Of a stretch of 24,630 nt of DNA, positions 7,695 through 16,665 are shown piece by piece (position 1 is the first letter of the stretch; every line of letters starts with the position of its first letter). Origin of the DNA: Bdellovibrionales bacterium. Its GTDB lineage: Bacteria > Bdellovibrionota > Bdellovibrionia > Bdellovibrionales > JAMPXM01. The stretch is taken from the NCBI GenBank assembly GCA_005793615.1, contig SXRI01000292.1:1-24630 (forward strand). The letters are read 5' to 3'. The notes under the pieces were generated by a model. That model was not told the DNA's origin. It ran no database searches and was given only the letters and a program-made list of their open reading frames with translations. The position numbers were made by a program, and so were the translations under genes.

Positions 7695-8459
7695 TTATAG
7701 GTCCGCGCTTCCAGTTACGATCTTGATCTCGATGCGGCGATTTCGGGCCCGATTGGATTCTGAGTCATTAGGCACGACCGGCTTCTGGTCGGCGTATGCT
7801 ACCGGTACCATCTGCGCCGGTGAAATCTTGTGTCTGGCCGCCAAGTAGCGCACGATTTTCGTTGCCCTTGCCGCCGACAATTCCCAATTACTTGGAAACT
7901 TCTCGTTCTTAATCGGAAGATCATCGGTGTGACCTTCGATGATGAGCTTTCGATTGGCGTCCTTCAGAAGCTGGCCAATTCGATCTAGGGCAAGTGCTGA
8001 TTCAGGCTTAAGCTCCGCGGAACCGGACGGAAACAGTTTGTTTGCCGCGAGTTGAATTTTCACGCCGACTGCATCATGTTGAAGCCCGGTCACTGTCTCT
8101 TTGCGTTCTGCCTCCGGAAGATCACGCTCAAGGCGTCGCTCCACGTGGTCTTCGACTTCCCGGGCACCAGACCCCGACGCCGGAAACCTCTCGATCGGTA
8201 ATTTTACGAAAGCCGTATTTTTCGGATTAAACTCGTCGACCTCGTGACCTTGGCCAACGCCATTTCCGGAACTGACAAAACCGGCGAACTGTTTTTTAAA
8301 CGACTGCTCGAATTCTTCTTGTTTTTTAAGATCAGCCTGAGAGGTCGCATAAAGCACCGTGAAAAATGCGAAAAGCAAAGTGATAAAATCAGCATAAGAA
8401 ACAAGCCAACGATCGTGGTTTTCGTGTTCGACATGGGGTCTACGCTTGGAGGCCATCAA
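7695..8459 (-). CDS. motB: Flagellar stator protein MotB (OmpA-like peptidoglycan-binding domain)
   Basis: WLVSYADFITLLFAFFTVLYA transmembrane motif with the conserved Asp, plus IEGHTDD, NWELSAARA and NRARNRRIEI. The FxVLYA pattern resembles H+-type rather than Na+-type stators. Confidence 0.96.
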   Translation of the reverse strand: MMASKRRPHVEHENHDRWLVSYADFITLLFAFFTVLYATSQADLKKQEEFEQSFKKQFAGFVSSGNGVGQGHEVDEFNPKNTAFVKLPIERFPASGSGAREVEDHVERRLERDLPEAERKETVTGLQHDAVGVKIQLAANKLFPSGSAELKPESALALDRIGQLLKDANRKLIIEGHTDDLPIKNEKFPSNWELSAARATKIVRYLAARHKISPAQMVPVAYADQKPVVPNDSESNRARNRRIEIKIVTGSADL

Positions 8460-9232
8460 GCCACCCTTGATAGTTCGCCACTCGTGTTATCTGGAAGATA
8501 GGTTCGCAACTTTTCTTCGATGATAAAGGGATTGAGGCCGGTCATAATTCCCAGCGCGCCCTCTAGAATCATGGTTTTTAGTTCAATACGTTTGCGGATC
8601 TTCCGCTTGATCTTATTGCCTAGAGGCAAAAAGAGAAGGTTGGCGCTACCGACACCGTAAACTGTGGCGACGAAGGCGACGGCGATACCGCTACCCAATT
8701 TACTCGTGTCGGTGAGATTCGACATCACATGAATAAGACCCAGCACCGCACCGATGATCCCGATCGTGGGAGCGAAGCCACCCGCGTCGGTCCATATTTT
8801 CGCACCTGCTAACTGGTTTTCCTCTTCGAGAACCAGTTGTGCTTCGAAAATTTCTCGCAGCACTTGCGGCTCTACACCATCGATGACAAAACGAAAGACG
8901 TTCTGCATGTAGGGATTGCGGAAGCTGGAAAGACGTTTTTCAAGAGCAAGAATGGTCTCTTTACGCACGAGCTGGGCTGCTTCGATCATGTCTTTCATCA
9001 CGCGTTCAGGATCGTCCGTTTTTTCGTCGCTGAAGCCAAGTCGCAGGAGCGACAAACCCATTTTCAGATCTTCCTTTGTGGTGCTGACCAAAACAGCCCC
9101 GCAGGTACCGCCAAGTACGATCAACGCGGCAGTGAACTGCAAGAGTGAGCCGACATGGCCGCTCTCCAGCATCATACCAACGAGAATTCCGCCGATGCCC
9201 AGTATGAGCCCACCGATAGTTACTTTATCCAT
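8456..9232 (-). CDS. motA: Flagellar stator protein MotA
   Basis: AALIVLGGTCGA, GGFAPTIGIIGAVLGLI and AVAFVATVYGV motifs, ILEGALGI..G.NP..IEEKL. 4-nt overlap with motB. Confidence 0.96.
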   Translation of the reverse strand: MDKVTIGGLILGIGGILVGMMLESGHVGSLLQFTAALIVLGGTCGAVLVSTTKEDLKMGLSLLRLGFSDEKTDDPERVMKDMIEAAQLVRKETILALEKRLSSFRNPYMQNVFRFVIDGVEPQVLREIFEAQLVLEEENQLAGAKIWTDAGGFAPTIGIIGAVLGLIHVMSNLTDTSKLGSGIAVAFVATVYGVGSANLLFLPLGNKIKRKIRKRIELKTMILEGALGIMTGLNPFIIEEKLRTYLPDNTSGELSRVA

Positions 9233-9240
9233 TTGTCGTA

Positions 9241-9441
9241 TTACTCCTTAACGATTGCGGGCAGGGCACATGTGCGGCGGAAACGTATGATTTTTTGCAC
9301 GATATCGTCAGGCTTGTCCTGAACCATAAGACGTTCGCCATCAGTAAAGGTCAGCACCGTATCAGGTGTGGCCTCAATGAAGCGAATCAGATCCGGGTTT
9401 ACCAATACAGGTTTACCATTAACTTTGCTGACCTCAATCAT
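9241..9441 (-). CDS. flbD: Flagellar FlbD/SwrD family protein
   Basis: MIEVSKVNGKPVLVNPDLIRFIEATPDTVLTFTDG matches the FlbD pattern (MI.LT..NG......N.DLI..IE.TPDT.IT). Sits 8 nt upstream of motA. Confidence 0.9.
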   Translation of the reverse strand: MIEVSKVNGKPVLVNPDLIRFIEATPDTVLTFTDGERLMVQDKPDDIVQKIIRFRRTCALPAIVKE

Positions 9442-9449
9442 GAGTTACC

Positions 9450-9917
9450 TTAGAAGTGGTGCAGGTTTTTTTCGCGGGCATAAGTCAGATCCGTTGTGGT
9501 CACCCGCAGACGGCCGCACAAGAAATGAGCCAGTGAACGATAAACTTTGGTAGCGATCTGCGGGTGGGCATTAAGCACCTTGTGCAGTTCATCAAAATCA
9601 ATGCGAACGATTTCGCCTCTTTCCACTACCACCACACTCGCCGATCTCTTTTCGTTATCGAGAAAGGCCATTTCTCCGAAGTGAGAACCCGAGCCCAAGG
9701 TGGCCACGTCAACACGATCATCTTTGCCAGAGTGCTGCACCTTTACCGTTCCGTGATTAACTATATAGAGCGATTTGGCGACATCACCCTGCATGAAGAC
9801 TTCGTCACCGGCGACAAAAGAATCCACTTTTGCTACGGCGCTCACCGCTTCCAGCTCCTTGGGAGTCAAATCCTTGAAGAGATACACATTTTGGAGCAAG
9901 CTGTTGGTGTTCGACAT
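9450..9917 (-). CDS. Stand-alone cyclic-nucleotide-binding (CRP-type cNMP) domain protein without HTH
   Basis: LFKDL, VFMQGD..KSLYIV..G.VKV and phosphate-binding cassette FGEMAFLDNEKRSASV. Start reassigned to ATG9917 because SD AAGGAG (9931-9926) lies 8 nt upstream; 155 aa. Confidence 0.9.
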   Translation of the reverse strand: MSNTNSLLQNVYLFKDLTPKELEAVSAVAKVDSFVAGDEVFMQGDVAKSLYIVNHGTVKVQHSGKDDRVDVATLGSGSHFGEMAFLDNEKRSASVVVVERGEIVRIDFDELHKVLNAHPQIATKVYRSLAHFLCGRLRVTTTDLTYAREKNLHHF

Positions 9918-10007
9918 CGAGTCATCTCCTTGGTCAGTCACCTAAATTCTCTCTTTATTTAGGATAGTGTTTTTCGACCGGGTCTGTCCACTTTGTCAGG
10001 AGGGCAA

Positions 10008-11000
10008 ATGAAAGTTCTCGTAACCGGGGCCACAGGTTTCTTAGGCGGATGGTTAGTGCGGCGTTTACTGGACGAAGGGCATGAAGTTCGCATCATTAAG
10101 CGACCGCAAAGCTCGCTCGATGAAATCACCAACTTGAAACTCGACATAAAGCCAGGTGATGTTACTGATGAGGCTAGCCTCATTGAAGCTTGTCGAGGCA
10201 TGGACTCCGTCTTTCATCTGGCGGGACTAGTCGCATACAGCAAAGCTCAACGAGCGATGATGGAGCGAGTGAATATTCAGGGAACCTCGAATGTCGTCCA
10301 GGCCTGCGAAAAGTCCGGCATCCGTCGTTTGGTGCATTTGAGTTCCGTCGTCGCCATTGGTGCCAGTTTCGACGGCAAAGTTCCTCTCAACGAGCAATCC
10401 GAATTCAATATTCATCACCTCAATCTTGGATATTTTGAGACCAAGTTCGAGGCCGAAAAAATCGTGAAAAAGGCCTGCGCTGACGGTCGACTTGATGCCG
10501 TGATCATTAACCCCAGTACTATTTACGGTTCGGCCGACGCCAAGAAAGAGAGTCGACGCACACAGCTCAAAGTCGCTCGTGGAAAGTTTCCGCTTTACCC
10601 ACCTGGCGGTGTAAGTGTGGTCGCGGTCGAAGATGTGATCGATGCGATCATCGCTGCATGGAACAAAGGTAAAAAAGGCGAGCGCTACATTGTCAGTGGT
10701 GAAAATCTCTTGATTAAGGATGTCTTTGATATCATTGCGCACGAAGCTGGGGTCAAGCCTCCTTACATTCGCCTGCCTCGCCCAGTGATCTTCGCGCTTG
10801 GTCGCATCGGCGATGTTATGGAGAGCATGGGTAAGACGGGAGCCCTTAACACTGAGAATGCGTGGACATCGGTACTGTACCATTGGTTCGATGCCAGCAA
10901 AGCACAACGCGAACTTGGCCTTAAACTTAAACCCGCATCCTATGCCATCGGACAGAGCGTTCGGTGGATGAAGGATAATGGTCTATTGAATCCTGTCTAG
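10008..11000 (+). CDS. NAD-dependent epimerase/dehydratase (extended SDR, HpnA / dihydroflavonol-reductase-like)
   Basis: MKVLVTGATGFLGG Rossmann motif, VFHLAG, N..GT.NV, HLSSV and catalytic YFETK (YxxxK). SD AGGAGG before ATG10008. Confidence 0.9.
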   Translation: MKVLVTGATGFLGGWLVRRLLDEGHEVRIIKRPQSSLDEITNLKLDIKPGDVTDEASLIEACRGMDSVFHLAGLVAYSKAQRAMMERVNIQGTSNVVQACEKSGIRRLVHLSSVVAIGASFDGKVPLNEQSEFNIHHLNLGYFETKFEAEKIVKKACADGRLDAVIINPSTIYGSADAKKESRRTQLKVARGKFPLYPPGGVSVVAVEDVIDAIIAAWNKGKKGERYIVSGENLLIKDVFDIIAHEAGVKPPYIRLPRPVIFALGRIGDVMESMGKTGALNTENAWTSVLYHWFDASKAQRELGLKLKPASYAIGQSVRWMKDNGLLNPV

Positions 11001-11034
11001 AAGTCGCGCCTAAAAGTCGCGCCTAGAAGTCGCG
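10997..11034. repeat. 13-bp tandem repeat, three copies (CTAGAAGTCGCGC)
   Basis: CTAGAAGTCGCGC 10997-11009, CTAAAAGTCGCGC 11010-11022, CTAGAAGTCGCG 11023-11034. It spans both convergent stop codons. Confidence 0.9.
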
Positions 11035-11901
11035 ATTGATCGCGGCGGGCGCCCGCATTCGGGTGGCGTAGAAAATCAAAACAAACAAGGTCGCCACATA
11101 GGGAAGTATCTGAATGAACTGATTGGGCACAGTGACCTCCGCGATCTTTTGCCCTTGCAACTGCATTTGAATCGCGTCCGCAATAGCGAAAAAGAAACAC
11201 GCGGCGAATGTAGGCAGTGGTCGCCACCCACCAAAAATCAACGCCGCTAGAGCAATGAATCCCCGACCAGCGGACATTTCACGAATGTAACCACTGCCCT
11301 GGCAGAGACTAAGATAGACACCGCCAAGCCCCGTGAGCACCGCGCCCTCGGTTACCGCCCTGAGACGCACAAGGTTATGGTTCACACCCTGAGTCAACAA
11401 AGCTGCGGGATTTTCACCGGCAGCCGTCACACGCAAACCATGACGAGTGAAACGAAAGAGAATCTCCAGGGAAAACATAACCATGATTGCAAGCGCAAAG
11501 AACACCAGGGGTTGATGAAAGGTTTGCTCAGTCGACAAAGCCGGTGTCGAGCCAGTCACATTGAAAAGTGCTTTCGTAAATACCGGTATCAAACCGAAAG
11601 CCAAAAGATTGAACGCAGTACCGATGACGATTTGATCACCGCGTCCCCAGATGCAGACTGATCCAAAGAGAAATCCAACCACGACCGAAGCAGCAATACC
11701 GGCAAAGGCGCCGACCCAAACATCACCAGTTAACGCCGTTACCGCAGCTCCGACAAAAGCTGAAAAAAGCAGATTAGCCTCTAGAGCAATATTAGCGATG
11801 CCGCTGCGCTCACTTAGTAGACCGCCAAAAGCCGCAAAGAGAATTGGCACCGACAACCGAAGGGCACTCATCAAAATATCGCCAACCATATCCCAAATCA
11901 C
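11023..11901 (-). CDS. Nucleoside/simple-sugar ABC transporter permease II (BPD_transp_2; YufQ/NupC-like)
   Basis: SERSGIANIALE, TRHGLRVTAAGENP, MSAGRGFIALAALIFGGWRP and QILPYVATL. Start set at GTG11901 (GTGA overlap with the upstream stop, SD GGGAGG 8 nt upstream). Confidence 0.9.
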   Translation of the reverse strand: MIWDMVGDILMSALRLSVPILFAAFGGLLSERSGIANIALEANLLFSAFVGAAVTALTGDVWVGAFAGIAASVVVGFLFGSVCIWGRGDQIVIGTAFNLLAFGLIPVFTKALFNVTGSTPALSTEQTFHQPLVFFALAIMVMFSLEILFRFTRHGLRVTAAGENPAALLTQGVNHNLVRLRAVTEGAVLTGLGGVYLSLCQGSGYIREMSAGRGFIALAALIFGGWRPLPTFAACFFFAIADAIQMQLQGQKIAEVTVPNQFIQILPYVATLFVLIFYATRMRAPAAINRDF

Positions 11902-12998
11902 TTCGCAGTCCTCCCGATACGCGACACCGATGAGGGCCAAAGCGACGCCCAAAGCGATGATAGACCGGCCTGACTCGCGACCGCCAAAACAATGAAGGCC
12001 TGAATGACCGTAGCTAAATCACGCGACACATACTTGGTATCAAGATCCAGATCCAATGCCCCTTTGGTGAGAACTCCGAACAAGAGCGCCGCAAAAACTA
12101 TCCCCGAGGGGGAGTTTCGGCCCAATAAGGCAACAGCGATGCCGACAAAACCGACGTTGCCTGTGAAACCCTCTCGTGTCTTATACGCAAAACCTAAGAC
12201 CGGCGATACAGCGGCAAGACCCGCGATGCCACCAGAGATAAACATCGCCAAGATGGTTTGCTGATCGATACGAACACCAGCGAAGCGACCGACCTCGGGT
12301 GCGCCACCGGCGATTTTTTGATAAAATCCAAGCCTTGTCCGCTTAAAGATAAAGCCATAAACAGCCACCATAAGCAGCGAAAACCCCAAACTCAAATTCA
12401 AAGGGCTAGTTCCGCCAATCAAATTTCCAAGCGAGCCACTGAGAGCGGGAATTTGGTAGCCAGCCCCGACCATCGCTGTCTCAGGAACTTGGGACTCTGG
12501 ATTCTTGAACACCGAGAGAATCAGAAAACTCGCGAGTCCATAGGCGATGAAATTCAAAAGTATGGTTGTCAGAACCTCATGGCATCCGCGCTTAGCTTTG
12601 ATCCAACCTGCAATCGCACCCCATGTGCCACCAGTCGCAAAAGCCGCGAAGAGCGCAAGCGGCAAGGCCACAATCCATGGCAAATCAGGGAAAGAAATCC
12701 CCACGATCGCCATCGCCACACCACCAAGTGTCATCTGCCCTTCAGCACCAATGTTAAAAAGCCCGGCACGAAAAGCCCAAGCGACTGAAAGTCCGGTCAG
12801 CAGCAAAGGAGTGGCGTAAAATAACGAGTAGCCTATCTTGGTCGCGGAGCCCAAAGCCCCACTTAATAAAATTTCTAAGACCTTAAGCGGACTCTCGCCA
12901 ACTACGGCAGCGATAATCAGCGATGCACTGAGGCCGATGAACAAAGCCAAAATGGGCGGTACTAGCGCACCAACTCTCGCCCTAAAATCAATGCCCAT
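11898..12998 (-). CDS. Nucleoside/simple-sugar ABC transporter permease I (YufP/NupB-like)
   Basis: PLLLTGLSVAWAFRAGLFNIGAEGQ, HEVLTTILLNFIA and GFVGIAVALLGRNSP motifs; multiple TM helices. Confidence 0.92.
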   Translation of the reverse strand: MGIDFRARVGALVPPILALFIGLSASLIIAAVVGESPLKVLEILLSGALGSATKIGYSLFYATPLLLTGLSVAWAFRAGLFNIGAEGQMTLGGVAMAIVGISFPDLPWIVALPLALFAAFATGGTWGAIAGWIKAKRGCHEVLTTILLNFIAYGLASFLILSVFKNPESQVPETAMVGAGYQIPALSGSLGNLIGGTSPLNLSLGFSLLMVAVYGFIFKRTRLGFYQKIAGGAPEVGRFAGVRIDQQTILAMFISGGIAGLAAVSPVLGFAYKTREGFTGNVGFVGIAVALLGRNSPSGIVFAALLFGVLTKGALDLDLDTKYVSRDLATVIQAFIVLAVASQAGLSSLWASLWPSSVSRIGRTAK

Positions 12999-14547
12999 CA
13001 GCCACTCCCGTCATAGCCGCACCTATCCGCATCCGATCAAAGGAGGCGCGAGCGAATTCGCAAACTACCCGCCCCTCGAAAAAAACATAGATGCGGTCGC
13101 AGAGCTTCAAAAGCTCATCCAGTTCACTGCTCAATACCAGTACGCCGAGATTGCTATTGCGAAGCTCGATCAATTTTCGATGAATCAAATCGATGGCACC
13201 GAGGTCCACGCCGCGGGTCGGCTGATGACAGACCAGAAGTTTTGGTTTGCGACCCGAAACCTCGCGGGCAAAAATGACCTTTTGCTGATTACCTCCGCTC
13301 AAACGACCTACCGGGAGATCGAGTGATGAAGCGCGTACGTCAAAATCGCGTGCCCATTCAGCTGTCGTCTTTTCGAGGTCACGGAATTGAAAAATCTGAC
13401 CTCTTAGAAAACGTCCTTCGATGCCAATCACCATATTTGTAAAACACGATTCATCCAGCCATAGGCCTTGATGATGTCGGTCCTCAGGTACCAAGCCAAT
13501 GCCGAGGTCACGAATCTGACGAGAATTAAGTGCCGCAACATCCTTACCTAGGATTTTGACCGAACCCGAAACATTTCGTAGTCCAAACAAAACTTCCACC
13601 AAATGACTCTGCCCGGAACCTTCGACTCCGGCCACCCCGACGATCTCACCGGCATGTACCTTCAGTGAAATATCGTTGAGCTTTCCACGCGATAATGTAC
13701 CGTCATCGCCGCTCGCTCGCCGACCAGCCCGAGATTCTTCTTTTACATCGAGGCATTCTAGCACCATGTCTGACGTGGTCGGATGCCGATCAACGGAAAA
13801 ATCTGGGAGCTTGCGGCCAATCATACTCTCGACGATGTGGTCGATGGTAACAGTGCTGACAGAACCCCGTGTGACCATCTTGCCGGCGCGAAGAACTGTA
13901 TAGGTGTCACAAATGTGGAGAACCTCGTTGATCTTGTGAGTTATCAGGACAATCGTGCGTCCCTGCGCCTTGAGTTCGCGCAAAACACTGAAGAGTTCTT
14001 CGATTTCCGTGGGAGTTAAAACCGCTGTCGGCTCATCGAGAAACAATATTCGCGATTTACGAAAAAGAAGCTTGAGGATCTCGACCCGTTGTTTTTGTCC
14101 AACAGTCAAAGTGCCTACAAGTGCATCCCAGGGTACCGCCAGGCTACGGCTCGGCAACAGTTTCTCAAGACGCGCAATGGCCTCGTGTCGATCTAGTTTT
14201 CCCACCAAAGAAGGGCCGCGACAAACCTCGGCACCCAACATGATGTTGTCGATGGCCGACAGGGTATCGACAAGGCTAAAATGTTGCTGAACCATTCCAA
14301 GGCCTCGAGCGATCGCGTTCATTGACGAACGCCAGCTGACCTTTTCACCATCGAGCAAGATTTCGCCGGCACTTGGCCGATGAAGCCCGAAAAGTAGTTT
14401 CATCAGAGTTGATTTTCCGGCGCCGTTCTCACCAAGAACCGCGTGAATTTGCCCGGTTGCAAATTCCAAAGATACACCCGCAACGGCGGTGAATGAGCCA
14501 AAACTCTTGGTTAGATCACGGGTTTCAAGTATCGGCTGGCTCGTCAT
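12988..14547 (-). CDS. ABC transporter ATP-binding protein with tandem ABC domains (CUT2; YufO/NupA-like)
   Basis: Walker A GENGAGKST, ILFLDEPT, second domain GVAGVEGSGQ, VPEDR, LSGGNQQK, QPTRGVD and SSELDEL. ATG14547 preferred over GTG14553. Confidence 0.94.
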   Translation of the reverse strand: MTSQPILETRDLTKSFGSFTAVAGVSLEFATGQIHAVLGENGAGKSTLMKLLFGLHRPSAGEILLDGEKVSWRSSMNAIARGLGMVQQHFSLVDTLSAIDNIMLGAEVCRGPSLVGKLDRHEAIARLEKLLPSRSLAVPWDALVGTLTVGQKQRVEILKLLFRKSRILFLDEPTAVLTPTEIEELFSVLRELKAQGRTIVLITHKINEVLHICDTYTVLRAGKMVTRGSVSTVTIDHIVESMIGRKLPDFSVDRHPTTSDMVLECLDVKEESRAGRRASGDDGTLSRGKLNDISLKVHAGEIVGVAGVEGSGQSHLVEVLFGLRNVSGSVKILGKDVAALNSRQIRDLGIGLVPEDRHHQGLWLDESCFTNMVIGIEGRFLRGQIFQFRDLEKTTAEWARDFDVRASSLDLPVGRLSGGNQQKVIFAREVSGRKPKLLVCHQPTRGVDLGAIDLIHRKLIELRNSNLGVLVLSSELDELLKLCDRIYVFFEGRVVCEFARASFDRMRIGAAMTGVADGH

Positions 14548-14575
14548 CGACACCTTAAAAGAAAGTAGAAAATCT

Positions 14576-15646
14576 CTATTTCTTATTCATCTCGTAATAG
14601 TCCGGGACCTTGATATCGCCTTTGATGATCTTTTCACGAACTTCTTCGAGTTTCGCTTTATAGGGCTCAATCAGTTTGGCATTATTGTCATCGATCGCGT
14701 AATCAATGCCTTTGTCTTTTAGACCAAAGTACTGCACGCCACCCTGAAACTTACCCTCGATCTGCATCTTGATGGCTTCAAACACAGCGGTATCAACGCG
14801 CTTAAGCATGCTGGTCGCCACTCGTCCGGGCTTAATACCGTTTTGGTTACTGTCACAGCCAATAGCAAAGGCCTTTTTTTCCGCGGCGGCATCAAAGAGA
14901 CCGATTCCGCTCGCCCCAGCTGCGTGAAAGATCACATCGACTCCACGACCGTATTGCGCGAGCGCCAGTTCTTTTCCGCGAGACGGGTTGGCCCAAGCGC
15001 TACTGTTAACACCAACATAGTTGATAATTGCCTCAGCCTTGGAATTGGCTGCTTTAACGCCAGCTTCATAACCCGTCTGAAAACGGCGAATCAAAGCGAT
15101 ATCCATGCCGCCGATGAAACCAACCTTATTTGACTTCGTCATCAAACCGGCGAGATAGCCAACGAGATAACTTCCTTCGTGCTCTGCAAACATCAAGCTC
15201 TTGACGTTGGGCATATCCACGATGCCATCAACGATGGCAAAGTGAGTTTTTGGAAATTGCGGCGCGACTTTTTTTACGGCATCGATTTGCGCAAAGCCAA
15301 TCGCAAATACCAAAGGATACTCACGCTCGGCGAATGTTCTCAGCGCCGGCTCAAAGGCAGCATCATCAGGTGACTCCACCTCTTTGAGCTCAATTCCAAG
15401 CTCCTGTGCCGCTTTGGTTGCCCCGCGAAACGCCGCCGTGTTAAACGATTTGTCATCTCGCCCGCCTTTGTCGAGAACCAGACCAATCTTGATTCCAGCT
15501 CCGGGTTTAGTCGCGACGCCTTTGCCCTCGCCCCCCACTTCAGACGCTTTACCTTTATCCGCAGAACGGGTACATGCCGTGAGGTTCATGACGGCAAACG
15601 CGGAAAAACCGACCAGGAACAAGCTCATCGCCAAAGACGTTTTCAT
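14576..15646 (-). CDS. BMP/PnrA-family lipoprotein, substrate-binding subunit (probably nucleosides)
   Basis: Lipobox LTAC, GGRDDKSFN, F.EHEGSYLVG.LAG, DVIFHAAG.SG.G, AIGCDSNQ and SMLKRVD. SD AGGAG before ATG15646. Confidence 0.93.
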   Translation of the reverse strand: MKTSLAMSLFLVGFSAFAVMNLTACTRSADKGKASEVGGEGKGVATKPGAGIKIGLVLDKGGRDDKSFNTAAFRGATKAAQELGIELKEVESPDDAAFEPALRTFAEREYPLVFAIGFAQIDAVKKVAPQFPKTHFAIVDGIVDMPNVKSLMFAEHEGSYLVGYLAGLMTKSNKVGFIGGMDIALIRRFQTGYEAGVKAANSKAEAIINYVGVNSSAWANPSRGKELALAQYGRGVDVIFHAAGASGIGLFDAAAEKKAFAIGCDSNQNGIKPGRVATSMLKRVDTAVFEAIKMQIEGKFQGGVQYFGLKDKGIDYAIDDNNAKLIEPYKAKLEEVREKIIKGDIKVPDYYEMNKK

Positions 15647-15659
15647 GATGACTCCTGAC

Positions 15660-15694
15660 AAACTTCACGGGCCAAACTTCACGGGCCAACTTCA
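15660..15694 (-). repeat. 14-bp direct tandem repeat, 2.5 copies, immediately upstream of the ABC operon RBS
   Basis: Plus strand AAACTTCACGGGCC at 15660-15673 and 15674-15687, partial AACTTCA at 15688-15694. Confidence 0.88.
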
Positions 15695-15789
15695 AAGAAA
15701 CCGGGAAAAACTTTCGCTCCGAAACTATAAGAAATTACTTTGTTTGCTAGTTGTTTACAAGTGAGGGCTTCGGGAAATAAGATCGCCCG

Positions 15790-16665
15790 GTGTTGCGATT
15801 TCTCATTTCAAATCTCATTGCTGTAGTATGCCTTCTTGGGCTGACGGTCGTCGCTGTGGTCTTGTTTTTGATTACTACCCCTCGCCCGACAAACTTGCGG
15901 TCATGCCTAACGACTTCGATGTTTCACGTTCACCTTTGCCCTAAAGACGAAAGCTACGTTCGCTTACGTGATGTTTCGCTTTTCGCCCGCTATGCGGTGA
16001 TCGTCTCGGAAGACGGTGCCTTTTACACTCATCAAGGCATTGATTGGTTTGAGATGCGCGAGAGTTTTGAGCGCAACTGGGAGCGCGGGGGTTTTGCGCG
16101 CGGGGGCTCGACGATCACGCAGCAGCTGGCAAAGAACGTCTATCTCAGCGGTGAAAAATCGCTTTTGCGCAAGGCCCGTGAGGCCCTGATTGCGCTGCAA
16201 ATCGAGTCTTTACTTTCCAAAGACGAGATCCTCGAAAAGTATCTCAACGTTGTCGAGTTCGGCCCTAAACTGTTCGGCATCAAGAATGCCGCTCGCAAAT
16301 ACTTCGGTAAATCTCCATCGGAACTCATGGTTGCTGAGAGTGCCTTTCTCGCCTTCCTCTTACCTAACCCTAAGCATTATAGTGTTAGCTTTGACCGTAA
16401 ACGCTTGAGCCCGTTCGCTCGTTCACAGATGAAAATCGTCATTGAACGCCTTTATCGCTTCAAAAAAATCTCCGAAGAAGATTACCACGCCGGCCTTTAC
16501 CAACTGGCGAACTTCTTCGGTCACCCAGCACCAACGGATCAACCTGGGCAAGAAGGCGAATTGGCCGCTCCTGACAGCTACGAACAGCGTCAAGATGACG
16601 AACCAGCGTTCGAAGCCCCGCCACTTCCAGAGGTTCCCGACCCCTCCGAGGATCCTCAACAGTAG
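15790..16665 (+). CDS. mtgA: Monofunctional peptidoglycan glycosyltransferase (GT51)
   Basis: N-terminal TM anchor, SEDGAFYTHQG (catalytic Glu), GGSTITQQLAKN, RK.RE, KDEILEKYLN, ESAFLA..LPNP. No transpeptidase domain; acidic Pro-rich tail. Confidence 0.9.
   Translation: MLRFLISNLIAVVCLLGLTVVAVVLFLITTPRPTNLRSCLTTSMFHVHLCPKDESYVRLRDVSLFARYAVIVSEDGAFYTHQGIDWFEMRESFERNWERGGFARGGSTITQQLAKNVYLSGEKSLLRKAREALIALQIESLLSKDEILEKYLNVVEFGPKLFGIKNAARKYFGKSPSELMVAESAFLAFLLPNPKHYSVSFDRKRLSPFARSQMKIVIERLYRFKKISEEDYHAGLYQLANFFGHPAPTDQPGQEGELAAPDSYEQRQDDEPAFEAPPLPEVPDPSEDPQQ

Noticed and set aside
13699-13745. Insertion ESRAGRRASGDDGTLSRG in the ABC ATPase and its degenerate second Walker A
   Set aside because: A variable inter-domain loop and a degenerate second site are normal for CUT2-family tandem ATPases.
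10997-15694. Short repeats at both ends of the ABC operon as CRISPR remnants or mobile-element boundaries
   Set aside because: Units are 13-14 bp, contiguous without spacers and unrelated to each other. There are no cas, integrase or transposase genes and no visible composition shift.
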